A stretch of DNA of 64,000 nucleotides from positions 3,008,001-3,072,000 of the forward strand of contig OY970399.1 in the NCBI GenBank assembly GCA_963720545.1, read 5' to 3'. The position numbers and the translations under genes are program-made. Below the pieces are notes generated by a model, which had not been told where the DNA came from, made no database searches, and saw only the letters and a program-made list of their open reading frames with translations. Shown here one piece after another: positions 9,513-18,837 of the stretch. Source of the stretch: an uncultured Acidobacteriota bacterium (GTDB taxonomy: Bacteria; Acidobacteriota; Vicinamibacteria; Fen-336). Position 1 is the first letter of the stretch; each line of letters begins with the position of its first letter.

Positions 9513-10988
9513 ATGAAGAAGAAGAAGAAGACGACGACAAACCTGAAGCGGGCGGCCGCCGCTGCCTTGTGCGTCTCTTTGCTGCAGCCGTCCGTGGGAC
9601 GCGCTGCCGACGCCGCTGCCGATCCGCGCGTGCAGGTGGCACTCGACGCCGCCCGCACCTGGCTCGCCGCGGAGCGCGACTATGACGGCGTTCCCGGGCT
9701 CTCGGCCGCCGTCGTCTACGACCAGCAGACGCTCTGGAGCGGTGGCTTCGGCTTTGCCGACGTCGCCACAAAGCGCGCGGCGACCGCCGACACCATCTAC
9801 AGCATCTGCTCCATCTCGAAGCTGTTCACCAGCATCGCTGTGATGCAGCAGCGCGATGCCGGCAAGCTGCGGCTCGACGATCCAGTGGCGAAGCACCTGC
9901 CGTGGTTCGCGCTCAAGAAGACCCAAGGCGAGGGCGACGTCACCATCGAGGGCCTGCTGACCCACGCCTCCGGCCTGCCACGCGAGTCCGACTACCCGTA
10001 CTGGAAGACGCCGTCGCTCTTCCCGACGGCAGCGCAGATCGAGGCGCGGGTCAAGGAGCAAAGCGCCTTGTACGTGCCGGAGACCCGGTTCCAGTACTCG
10101 AACCTCGGCCTGACGCTCGCCGGCGACGTGGCAGCGGCCGCGGCCGGCATGCCGTACGCCGAGCTGGTGAAGAAGAACATCCTCGACCCGCTCGGGCTCG
10201 CGAGCACGACTTCGGAGATGCCCGCGGCCGAGAAGGGCCGCAGGCTCGCAACCGGCTACACCTCGCGCGACCGCAGCGGCCAGCGCCGCGAGGCGCCGTT
10301 CTTCACCGCCAACGGCATCGCGCCGGCGGCGGGCTACGCGTCCACGGTCAACGACCTGTCGCGCTTCGCGCAATGGCAGTTCCGCCTGCTCGCAAAAGGT
10401 GGGACCGAAGTGCTGAAGGCGACCACCTTGCGTGAAATGCATCGCGTCCACTGGGCCGAGCCCGACCTGCAGACGATCTGGGGGCTCGGCTTCGCCATCA
10501 TGCGCGACGGCGACAAGTTCCTGGTGGGCCATGGCGGCAGCTGCCCCGGGTTTCGCAGCGACCTGGTGCTGATGCCGCAGGAGAAGATCGCGGCCGTAGT
10601 CATGGCGAACGCGCAGGCAGTCGACACCAACGTGTACGCCGAGGGCCTCTACTCGCTCGTGGGCCCGGCGCTGCGCGCCGCCGCGAAGGAGCCGGGCAAG
10701 GGCAAGGCGGCCGACGAGTCGCTGCGCAAGTTCGTGGGCGCCTACGATTCCGGCGGCTGGGGCGGCGAGTTCGCCGTCATCTATTGGGAGGACGGGCTCG
10801 CGGTGATGGGCCTGCCGACACGCGATCCGGTCAAGGAACTCGACAAGTTGAAGAAAACCGGCGACAACACGTTCCGGCGCGTGCTGTCGGACGAATCGCT
10901 GGGCGAGGAATGGGTGTTCACGCTCGGCGCCGACGGCAAGGTCACCCAGCTCTCCATCCACAGCAACTCCTACCCACGCCTGCCGTGA
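9513..10988 (+). CDS. Secreted serine hydrolase, beta-lactamase class C / peptidase S12 family, with C-terminal extension
   Basis: Signal peptide, SISK (SxxK), LLTHASG, FQYSN (YxN) and GHGGS motifs. Confidence 0.88.
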   Translation: MKKKKKTTTNLKRAAAAALCVSLLQPSVGRAADAAADPRVQVALDAARTWLAAERDYDGVPGLSAAVVYDQQTLWSGGFGFADVATKRAATADTIYSICSISKLFTSIAVMQQRDAGKLRLDDPVAKHLPWFALKKTQGEGDVTIEGLLTHASGLPRESDYPYWKTPSLFPTAAQIEARVKEQSALYVPETRFQYSNLGLTLAGDVAAAAAGMPYAELVKKNILDPLGLASTTSEMPAAEKGRRLATGYTSRDRSGQRREAPFFTANGIAPAAGYASTVNDLSRFAQWQFRLLAKGGTEVLKATTLREMHRVHWAEPDLQTIWGLGFAIMRDGDKFLVGHGGSCPGFRSDLVLMPQEKIAAVVMANAQAVDTNVYAEGLYSLVGPALRAAAKEPGKGKAADESLRKFVGAYDSGGWGGEFAVIYWEDGLAVMGLPTRDPVKELDKLKKTGDNTFRRVLSDESLGEEWVFTLGADGKVTQLSIHSNSYPRLP

Positions 10989-11048
10989 ACCCCGCGGCGC
11001 CGGGGAATAACCGGCGCCCTCTCAGGTAAGTCCCATCAAGGAGCGTTC

Positions 11049-14000
11049 ATGACCAGATGGCGCCGCAAGTTCGTGCTGCCGGCTGCCGCCGTGGCCGGCC
11101 TGTGCCTCGCGGCCGCCACGGTGCGCTCGAGCGGCGGCGCCTTCGGGCAGATCGCCGGTGGCCGTGTCACAAAAATGATCTACACCGGCGACGTGGCTGT
11201 TGAGGATGAAGACGGGGAAGAGGGTGGCTTGACGTTCCGCATCGGCGATGCCCAGGGCGAAGGCGAGCCCGGCGAAGCGCCAGTGAAGATCGCGCGACCG
11301 CGCGCGGAGCAGCTCGACGCCGCGGCGGCGGCACGCATCCTTGCGCGGCTGCCCGCGCTGCCGGAGGTCCCGGGCGAGAAGCAGCCGTTAGCGTTGCGTG
11401 AGAAGTCGCTGCCGCCGCCGCGCACCGGCAAGACGGTGCACGTGCCGTTTCCGCCGCCGTCGTCGCCGCTGCCGTTTCCGTCCGCCGCGACCACAGGCCC
11501 GCTCGACGTCGTGCGCTTCGCGCCCGAGGGCGAGGTGAAGATCGCCGCCGACCTCAGCGTCACGTTCTCGCAGCCGATGGTGGCGGTGACGACGCAGGAC
11601 GAGTTGAACCAGCAGAACGTACCGGTGCGCATCACGCCGCAGCCGCGCGGCCGCTGGCGCTGGGTGGGAACGAAGACGCTGCTGTTCGATCCCGAAGTGC
11701 GCTTCCCGATGGCGACCCGCTACTCGGTGGAAGTGCCGGCAGGAACGACGAGCGCCGGCGGCGGAACGCTCGCTGTCGCGAAGCGCTGGACCTTCACCAC
11801 ACCGCCGCCCACCGTGATCGGGCGCCATCCGCAGGGCGTGACGACCGGCCGCGAGCCGCTGATCCTCGCGGTGTTCGACCAGCGGATCGAGGCGGCGGCA
11901 CTGCTGCCTTCGATCGCGCTTGCGCCCGCCGCCGGAGCGGCCATCGCGCCGCGCCTCGCGACCGCTGAAGAAATCGCGGCCGACAAGGAGTTCAAGGCGC
12001 TCTGGGACGCCGCCCCCGAAGACCGGCGCATCGCACTGCGTCCGGCGCAATCGCTGCCTTCCGCAAACGCGGTCGCGGTGACGATCGCCGCCGGCGCGCG
12101 GTCGGCGGAGGGTTCGCAGAAGACCACTGCTTCGCAGTCGTGGTCGTTCGCCACTTACGGCGCGATGACGGTCGTCAGCCACGAATGCGGCTATCGCAAC
12201 GAATGCCATCCGCTCGATCCGTGGAGCGTGCAGTTCTCGAACCGCATCGACGCAAAAAAGTTCGAACGCAAGGCGGTGAGCGTAGTGCCTGCGCTGCCCG
12301 GCATGAAGGTGGCCGTCTGGGGCACGACCCTGAACATCTCGGGTGAGGCGAAGGCCAACAGCCGCTACACCGTCACCGTCGCGGCGGTTCCCGACCTCTT
12401 TGGGCAGGTGCTCGAGAAGCCGGTCACGTTCACCATCGCAGTGGGCGCGGCGCGGCCCAATTTCTTCGTGCCCGGCAACAACTTCGTGGTCCTCGACCCG
12501 AACGGGCCGCAGCGCGTGGCGGCGTTCACCACCGGCTACAAGACGCTGCGCATCACCGCCTACGCGGTTTCACCCGCCGACTTCCCGGCATTCCAGAAGG
12601 CCGCCGCGGCGGCGATGCGCAACGAGCGCGGCGCTTCGTGGAACGTCGGCCGCGTGGCGCACCAGGCAACCGTCAACGTGCGCGGCGGGCTCGACGAACT
12701 CGCGGAGACGCCGATCGACCTGGCGCCGGCGCTGCGCGGCAAGCCGGGCCACCTGGCGGTCAAAGTGGAGCCCCTGCCGAGGCGCGCGGATCGGAACCGC
12801 GAGGCCACGTGGCTGTGGGTGCAGTCCACACGCATCGGCCTCGACGCTTACGTCGACGCACAGGAACTCGTGGCGTTCGCGTCCTCGCTCGCCGACGGCA
12901 AGCCGCTTGCGGGCGCCCGCCTTTCGCTCCTGCCCACCGGTGCGTCAACAGACACCGGCGCCGACGGACTCGGCCGGCTCGCGCTTGGCACGGCAGGAGC
13001 CGGCATGCTCGTGGCGCGCAGCGGCGACGACGTGGCGCTCCTGCCGCGCGACGCCTCCCTCTGGGGCGGGGGCGAGGGCTGGCAACGCAGCGCCGAGGGC
13101 ACCGCCGAGCATTTCTTCGTTTTCGACGACCGCGGCATGTACCGGCCTGGAGAGGAAGTGAAGCTGAAGGGGATCGTGCGCGGCTACGGTATGGGCCGCG
13201 GCGGGGACCTTGGCCTCGTGCCGAACGTGCGCAGCGTTTCCTGGATGCTGCGCGATTCGCAGGGCAACGAGGTCGCGAAGGGCGAGCGGCCGGTGGGAGC
13301 GCTCGGCGGCTTCGAGCTGTCGCTGCCGCTGCCCGCGACCATCAACCTCGGCACCGCCTCCGTCGAGTTCACGACGAGCAGCGGCGGTGTCCACACCCAC
13401 AGCTTCGCAGTCGAGGAGTTCCGGAGGCCGGAATTCGAAGTGAAGGTGGCGCCGAGCGGCGGCCCGTACCTCATCGGCAGCGCAGCGCACGCAACGGTGT
13501 CGGCCTCCTACTACGCCGGCGGCGCGCTCGGCGAGGCCGAGGTGCGCTGGGACGTGTCTTCGTCGCCCGCTTCATTCGCGCCGCCCAACTGGGACGGCTT
13601 CACCTTCGGCCGCTTCGTTCCGTGGTGGGGGAGCTTCGGCCGCCCCACGCGCATTCCCGGCAGGGGGTTGCAGAAGAGCCGCACCTTCGCCGCGCACACC
13701 GATGCGAGCGGCCGGCACATGCTGCGCATCGACCTCGATGCGGTGACCCCGCCGCAGGCGACGCTGGTCACCGCAAGCGCCTCGGTGATGGACGTGAACC
13801 GCCAGGCGTGGAGCGATTCGACCTCGCTCCTCGTGCACCCCGCGGCTGTCTACGTGGGCCTGCGCAGCGAGCGCTATTTCGTGCAGCAGGGACAGCCGCT
13901 CGACGTGGACGTCATCGTCCCGGACCTCGACGGCAAGGCCGTCACTGGCCGCACGGTCGCGGTGCGCGCCGAGCGGCTCGACTGGGAGCAGGTCGAAGGC

Positions 14001-17000
14001 GAGTGGCGGGAGGTCGCGTCGCCGGCCGGAAACTGTGAGGTGACGTCCGCTTCGCAACCGCAGCGCTGCACGTTCCGCCCGAAGGAAGGCGGCTCGTATC
14101 GAATCACGGCCGCCGTGCAGGACGAGCAGGGCCGCGCCAACGAGTCGGTGCTGCAGCTCTGGGTGGCGGGCGGCAAGAGCGTGCCGCGCCGCGACGTGTC
14201 CCATGAAGAGGTGCAGCTCATCCCGGCGAAGAAGGAGTTCCGCGCCGGCGAGACGGCGGAGATCCTGGTCATTGCGCCATTCGCGCCGGCCGAGGGCGTC
14301 GTCACACTGCGCCGCTCCGGCATCGTCAAGACAGAACGCATCTCGCTCAGTGGCTCGAGCCAGACGCTGAAAGTGGCGATCGACGAGGCGATGACGCCCA
14401 ACGTCTACGTGCAAGTGGACCTCGTCGGCGCGGCGCCGCGCACCGGCGACGGCGGCTCGGTCGCGGGGAAAAGGCCCGCGTACGCGAGCGGCAGTCTCAA
14501 GCTCGAGGTGCCGCCGCGGGCCCGGACGCTGGCGGTTTCAGCCAGGCCACGCGAGCAAGCGATCGCTCCTGGCGAATCGACCACGGTGGACCTGGAAGTG
14601 AAGGATGCGGCCGGCAAGCCGGCCGCGGGCAGCGAAGTGACGGTGATCGTGGTGGACGAAGCGGTGCTGGCGCTGAGCGGCTACCGGACGCCCGATCCGC
14701 TCGCTGCCTTCTACTCCGAGCGCGAGCCCGGGGTCGCCGACTATCACAGCCGCGCGCACGTGCAGCTTGGAAAACTGGAATTTCCGACAGGAGCCTTTGG
14801 CGGAATGGCCGATTCCGTGGGGGTTGCCGAGCGCCGGGCGAACGCACCCGTGCCGCAGGCGATGGCGATGATGAAATCGGAGGCCCGCGAAGATCGTACC
14901 GCGGGTCCCGCCCAGGCCATTCGCGTGCGCAGCGATTTCGCGGCGCTCGCGTACTTCGCGCCCGCGGTCGCAACCGATGCGTCGGGACGCGCTTCCGTAA
15001 CAGTAAAGCTGCCGGACAACCTCACGCGCTACCGGGTGATGGCGGTGGCCGCCAGCGGGCCGAAGGCATTCGGCTCGGGAGAATCGACGCTCACCGCCCG
15101 CCTGCCCCTCATGGTGCGCCCTTCGGCGCCGCGCTTCCTCAACTGGGGCGACCGGTTCGAGCTGCCGGTGGTCGTCCAGAACCACACCGACGAGGCGCTC
15201 GACGTCGAGGTCGCGGTGCGCGCGTCGAACCTCGCCGTCGTGGAAGGCGCTGGCCGCAGGCTGCGCGTGCCGGCGCACGACCGCGCCGAGGTGCGCTTTG
15301 CCATCGCCACGATTGGCGCCGGCAGCGCGCGCATCCAGGTGGCCGGCGTCTCCGGCGCTTATGCCGACTCGGCAGAGGTGAGCCTGCCTATCTGGAGCCC
15401 TCTGACCACCGAAGCGTTCGCGACGTACGGGCAAGTCGACGGCGAGGGCGCCGTCGGCGGCGACGCCGTACGCCAACCGATTGCAGCACCGCAGGGTGTG
15501 GTGCCGCAGTTCGGCGGCCTCGAGATCACGACCTCGTCAACCGCGCTGCAAGCACTCACAGATGCGGTGTTGTACCTCGTGTCGTACCGCTTCGACTGCG
15601 TCGAGCAGGTTGCGTCACGCCTCCTCGCGATTGCCGCGCTGCGCGACGTGCTCACCGCCTTCGAGGCGAAGGACCTGCCGAAGCCCGAAGCGCTTCTGGC
15701 TTCGGTGGCAGCCGACCTGAAGCGGCTCGAGGCGCTGCAAAACGACGACGGCGGCTTCGCCTTCTGGCGCCGCGGCGATCCGTCGTGGCCCTACCTCTCG
15801 ATCCACGCGGCGCGCGCGCTGCAGGCGGCGAAGGGCAAGGGCTTCGCGGTGCCCGCCCCGCTCCTCGAGCGCTCGCGCGGCTACCTGCGGCAGGTGGAAA
15901 AGAGAATTCCGAAGGACTATCCGCCGTCGGTGCGCAACGTCCTCATCGCGTACGCGCTCGACGTGCGGGCCCGCATGGGCGACCCCGACCCGGCGCGCGC
16001 CCGCACTCTCGTGCAGGAAGCAGGTGTCGACAAGCTCTCCTTCGAGTCGCTCGGCTGGTTGCTCGGCGCGCTCGGCAGCGACAAGAACTCGGCTGCCACC
16101 GTCGCCGCCATCCGCCGCCGCCTCGACAACGCCGCGACCGAAACCGCCTCGACCGCGCACTTCGCGGTTTCGTATTCGGACGGCGCGCACTTGCTGCTGC
16201 ACTCGGATCGTCGCGCCGACGCCGTCATCCTCGACGCTCTGATTGCGCAGGATTCAAGGAACAGCCTCATCCCCAAGCTGGTCGCGGGCCTGCTCAACCA
16301 TCGCAAGGCGGGCCGCTGGAGCAACACGCAGGAAAACGCGTTCGTGCTGCTGGCGCTCGACCGCTACTTCGGTGCCTACGAAAAGACCACGCCCGATTTC
16401 GTCGCGCGACTGTGGCTGGGCGAAGCGTTCGCCGGTGAGCAGCCGTTCCGCGGCCACAGCACCGAGAGCCGCCGCCTCGCCGTCCCGATGGCGGAGCTTG
16501 TAGCGGGGGACCGCCAGAAAGACCTGGTCATCGGCAAGGCCGGCGCCGGCCGGCTCTACTACCGCATCGGGCTGCGCTACGCGCCGCAGGGCCTGCGCCT
16601 CGACCCGGCCGACAACGGCTTCGTGGTGGCGCGCGAGTACCAGGGGATTGATGCACCGGACGACGTGCGCCGCAAAGCCGACGGCACCTGGCAGGTGCGC
16701 GCCGGGGCGCGGGTGCGGGTGCGCGTGACGATGGTTAACGAGGCGCGGCGTTATCACGTGGCGCTCGTCGATCCGCTGCCTGCCGGCTACGAGGCCCAGA
16801 ACCCGGCGCTCGCAACGACCGGGCCACTCCCAGCCCCCGATCAGGTCGGCGGCTCGGGCGACGTGAGGCCGCTCCTGCGCGGCTTCTGGTGGTGGCCCGG
16901 TCCCTGGTTCGAGCACCAGAACCTGCGCGACGACCGCGTCGAGGCCTTCACCCCGCTGCTCTGGGAAGGCGTCCACACGTATACCTACACGGCAAGAGCG

Positions 17001-17102
17001 ACTACTCCGGGCACGTTCATCGTGCCCCCGCCCACCGCCGAGGAGATGTACGAGCCCGAGACTTTCGGCCGCGGAAGCTCGTCAACGGTTGTGATCCGGT
17101 AA
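11049..17102 (+). CDS. Bacterial alpha-2-macroglobulin family thioester protein (2017 aa)
   Basis: SD AGGAG. N-terminal Ig-like repeats (VTFSQPM, AVFDQRI), DRGMYRPGE MG2 motif, EEFRRPEFEV, LPDNLTRYR, PRFLNWGD, thioester CVEQ, W-x-NTQEN, DPLPAGYE and AEEMYEPE. Confidence 0.93.
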   Translation: MTRWRRKFVLPAAAVAGLCLAAATVRSSGGAFGQIAGGRVTKMIYTGDVAVEDEDGEEGGLTFRIGDAQGEGEPGEAPVKIARPRAEQLDAAAAARILARLPALPEVPGEKQPLALREKSLPPPRTGKTVHVPFPPPSSPLPFPSAATTGPLDVVRFAPEGEVKIAADLSVTFSQPMVAVTTQDELNQQNVPVRITPQPRGRWRWVGTKTLLFDPEVRFPMATRYSVEVPAGTTSAGGGTLAVAKRWTFTTPPPTVIGRHPQGVTTGREPLILAVFDQRIEAAALLPSIALAPAAGAAIAPRLATAEEIAADKEFKALWDAAPEDRRIALRPAQSLPSANAVAVTIAAGARSAEGSQKTTASQSWSFATYGAMTVVSHECGYRNECHPLDPWSVQFSNRIDAKKFERKAVSVVPALPGMKVAVWGTTLNISGEAKANSRYTVTVAAVPDLFGQVLEKPVTFTIAVGAARPNFFVPGNNFVVLDPNGPQRVAAFTTGYKTLRITAYAVSPADFPAFQKAAAAAMRNERGASWNVGRVAHQATVNVRGGLDELAETPIDLAPALRGKPGHLAVKVEPLPRRADRNREATWLWVQSTRIGLDAYVDAQELVAFASSLADGKPLAGARLSLLPTGASTDTGADGLGRLALGTAGAGMLVARSGDDVALLPRDASLWGGGEGWQRSAEGTAEHFFVFDDRGMYRPGEEVKLKGIVRGYGMGRGGDLGLVPNVRSVSWMLRDSQGNEVAKGERPVGALGGFELSLPLPATINLGTASVEFTTSSGGVHTHSFAVEEFRRPEFEVKVAPSGGPYLIGSAAHATVSASYYAGGALGEAEVRWDVSSSPASFAPPNWDGFTFGRFVPWWGSFGRPTRIPGRGLQKSRTFAAHTDASGRHMLRIDLDAVTPPQATLVTASASVMDVNRQAWSDSTSLLVHPAAVYVGLRSERYFVQQGQPLDVDVIVPDLDGKAVTGRTVAVRAERLDWEQVEGEWREVASPAGNCEVTSASQPQRCTFRPKEGGSYRITAAVQDEQGRANESVLQLWVAGGKSVPRRDVSHEEVQLIPAKKEFRAGETAEILVIAPFAPAEGVVTLRRSGIVKTERISLSGSSQTLKVAIDEAMTPNVYVQVDLVGAAPRTGDGGSVAGKRPAYASGSLKLEVPPRARTLAVSARPREQAIAPGESTTVDLEVKDAAGKPAAGSEVTVIVVDEAVLALSGYRTPDPLAAFYSEREPGVADYHSRAHVQLGKLEFPTGAFGGMADSVGVAERRANAPVPQAMAMMKSEAREDRTAGPAQAIRVRSDFAALAYFAPAVATDASGRASVTVKLPDNLTRYRVMAVAASGPKAFGSGESTLTARLPLMVRPSAPRFLNWGDRFELPVVVQNHTDEALDVEVAVRASNLAVVEGAGRRLRVPAHDRAEVRFAIATIGAGSARIQVAGVSGAYADSAEVSLPIWSPLTTEAFATYGQVDGEGAVGGDAVRQPIAAPQGVVPQFGGLEITTSSTALQALTDAVLYLVSYRFDCVEQVASRLLAIAALRDVLTAFEAKDLPKPEALLASVAADLKRLEALQNDDGGFAFWRRGDPSWPYLSIHAARALQAAKGKGFAVPAPLLERSRGYLRQVEKRIPKDYPPSVRNVLIAYALDVRARMGDPDPARARTLVQEAGVDKLSFESLGWLLGALGSDKNSAATVAAIRRRLDNAATETASTAHFAVSYSDGAHLLLHSDRRADAVILDALIAQDSRNSLIPKLVAGLLNHRKAGRWSNTQENAFVLLALDRYFGAYEKTTPDFVARLWLGEAFAGEQPFRGHSTESRRLAVPMAELVAGDRQKDLVIGKAGAGRLYYRIGLRYAPQGLRLDPADNGFVVAREYQGIDAPDDVRRKADGTWQVRAGARVRVRVTMVNEARRYHVALVDPLPAGYEAQNPALATTGPLPAPDQVGGSGDVRPLLRGFWWWPGPWFEHQNLRDDRVEAFTPLLWEGVHTYTYTARATTPGTFIVPPPTAEEMYEPETFGRGSSSTVVIR

Positions 17103-17124
17103 CCGGGGGTATCCCCGTAAGCTG

Positions 17125-17152
17125 TTGACCCGTCCTAGCCTTGGGTTACACT
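17125..17152 (+). promoter_or_regulatory. Sigma70-type promoter for the downstream surface protein
   Basis: TTGACC (17125-30), N16, TACACT (17147-52) in an AT-rich intergenic region. SD GGAG at 17221. Confidence 0.55.
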
Positions 17153-17233
17153 TGACGGCGAAGTTTGGTCGCTACTAAAGAAGTTACATATGGTCTACAT
17201 CTCGCCTCTTTTTTTAGTCAGGAGACACCAGTC

Positions 17234-18775
17234 ATGAAGCAAGTCTTTGGCGCAGTCCTCGGTGGGATCCTCGTCCTGGGTCTTGCCAGCGGGGCCTTCG
17301 CTCAGGCTCAGTCTTCCGCGGCCTCTTGTGACGACACTGGCAAGCCGGTCAAGCGGGTGACTCGCCTGGGCAACCCCGGGACATCGATGCACCGTCCCCC
17401 TCTTCGCACCATGGCCGACTTCAAGAAGCTCCTCGACAACAAGCGCTATGTCGCCGATGTCGCGAGCGTCATGAACCAGGCCTGCATGGGCGCCAACACC
17501 ACCGCGGTGCTGGAGGCCGCCCGCAACGGCGAAGTTCGTGAAGTGTCGATTCCGGCGGGCACCAATCTCCGCTGGATGGGTTCGCGCAAGGGCCGCGGCA
17601 CCAAGGTGATCCGCCCGCTCGTCTGGGCCGGACGCGCGCCGTTCGAGGCGTTCGAGTTCAAGACCACGGTCGGCGACACCACCTACACGTTCCTGGTGCC
17701 GAAGGCCTGCGGCAACATCACTCTGGCCGACGCGCAGGCGCTGCCGACCGTCACCAGCACCGCGTCCATCTCCTGCAGCCGCGACAGCGCGGGCAACCCG
17801 CAGACCAAGGTCACCGGCGCGTCTGCCGCGAACCTGGCGAGCGTGTCGGTGAGCTGCGGTGGCAACAGCGCCGAGCTCAACGCCGGCAACAACTGGACGG
17901 CATCGTTCGCGGGCGAAGTCCGCGATGGCGCCTGCACGGTCAGCGGCAAGGACACCTACGGCCGCGCGGCGAACGTCACGGCGTCCTACACGCCCTGCCC
18001 GTCGCTGCCGCCGCCGCCTCCGCCGCCGAGCTGCGCCGCCACCCTCGAGCAGACGGCGGTCGGCAAGTGCTGGAACCTCGCGGTTTCGAGCAACAAGCCC
18101 GGCACCGTCACGCTCACCAAGGACGGCGTCGCGTTCGGTCCCAAGACCCTTGCCAAGGGCGCCACTGTGCCCGCCAAGGTTGACGGCGCCACGCCGGCAA
18201 CTGTCTCCGTCTGCGAGCCTGGCACCTACACGGTGAAGGTCGCGATGGACGGAGCCGATGCCACATGCGAAGCGTCTACCACCATCAGCCGCGCCGCCGC
18301 TCCCGCCGCCGCCATCGTGCCGTTCGTCGGCGCCTTCTTCGGCAAGGAGCGCCGCACCCTGGACGCCTTCCCCGGCGGCCGTTGCGCCCCGCTCGGCGGG
18401 CCCGAGGTCGGCCTCAGTATCCGTCCCGGCGGCGGCGACTTCGAGATCGCCCCGGCGATCGGCTACGCCATCAACACGCGCAGCAGTGACGACAGCAGCT
18501 CCGACAACGACCACAACGTCCTGTTCGTGGACGTCGAGCTGAACAAGCACTTCAAGCGCGCCTTCATCGGCACCGGCCTGACCCTCTGGGACATCACCAA
18601 CGGCGACGACTTCATGCCGGGCGCGCTGGCGCAGTTCGGCCTGCGCCTCAACTCCTCCGACTCCGCCACGCCTTTCTACTGGGTCAACCAGGGACGGGTG
18701 TTCTTCCATGACGGCGGCGTCTCCAACAACTACCAGGTCTGGACCGGCTTCCGCCTGCTGTTCGGCAACCGCTAG
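17234..18775 (+). CDS. Secreted Cys-rich protein with Pro linker and predicted C-terminal outer-membrane beta-barrel
   Basis: Signal peptide MKQVFGAVLGGILVLGLASGAFA, 12 Cys, PPPPPPP linker, and about 150 C-terminal residues of alternating amphipathic strands ending WTGFRLLF. Confidence 0.75.
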   Translation: MKQVFGAVLGGILVLGLASGAFAQAQSSAASCDDTGKPVKRVTRLGNPGTSMHRPPLRTMADFKKLLDNKRYVADVASVMNQACMGANTTAVLEAARNGEVREVSIPAGTNLRWMGSRKGRGTKVIRPLVWAGRAPFEAFEFKTTVGDTTYTFLVPKACGNITLADAQALPTVTSTASISCSRDSAGNPQTKVTGASAANLASVSVSCGGNSAELNAGNNWTASFAGEVRDGACTVSGKDTYGRAANVTASYTPCPSLPPPPPPPSCAATLEQTAVGKCWNLAVSSNKPGTVTLTKDGVAFGPKTLAKGATVPAKVDGATPATVSVCEPGTYTVKVAMDGADATCEASTTISRAAAPAAAIVPFVGAFFGKERRTLDAFPGGRCAPLGGPEVGLSIRPGGGDFEIAPAIGYAINTRSSDDSSSDNDHNVLFVDVELNKHFKRAFIGTGLTLWDITNGDDFMPGALAQFGLRLNSSDSATPFYWVNQGRVFFHDGGVSNNYQVWTGFRLLFGNR

Positions 18776-18804
18776 ACCGCTCGTCACGTAGCCGCACGTA
18801 CACC

Positions 18805-18837
18805 AAAGGCCTCGCGGGCAACCGCGGGGCCTTTTTT
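18805..18837 (+). terminator. Intrinsic (likely bidirectional) terminator
   Basis: AAAGGCCTCGCGG-GCAA-CCGCGGGGCCTTTTTT: GC stem with a GNRA loop and T tract between convergent genes. Confidence 0.9.

Noticed and set aside
9516..9539. (AAG)5(ACG)2 run as a phase-variation tract
   Set aside because: Trinucleotide unit, so slippage would keep the frame; it simply encodes the basic n-region of a signal peptide.
9513..10988. Antibiotic-resistance beta-lactamase
   Set aside because: Has HGG rather than the KTG triad of AmpC enzymes, plus a C-terminal extension; fits the broad peptidase/esterase branch, so resistance cannot be claimed.
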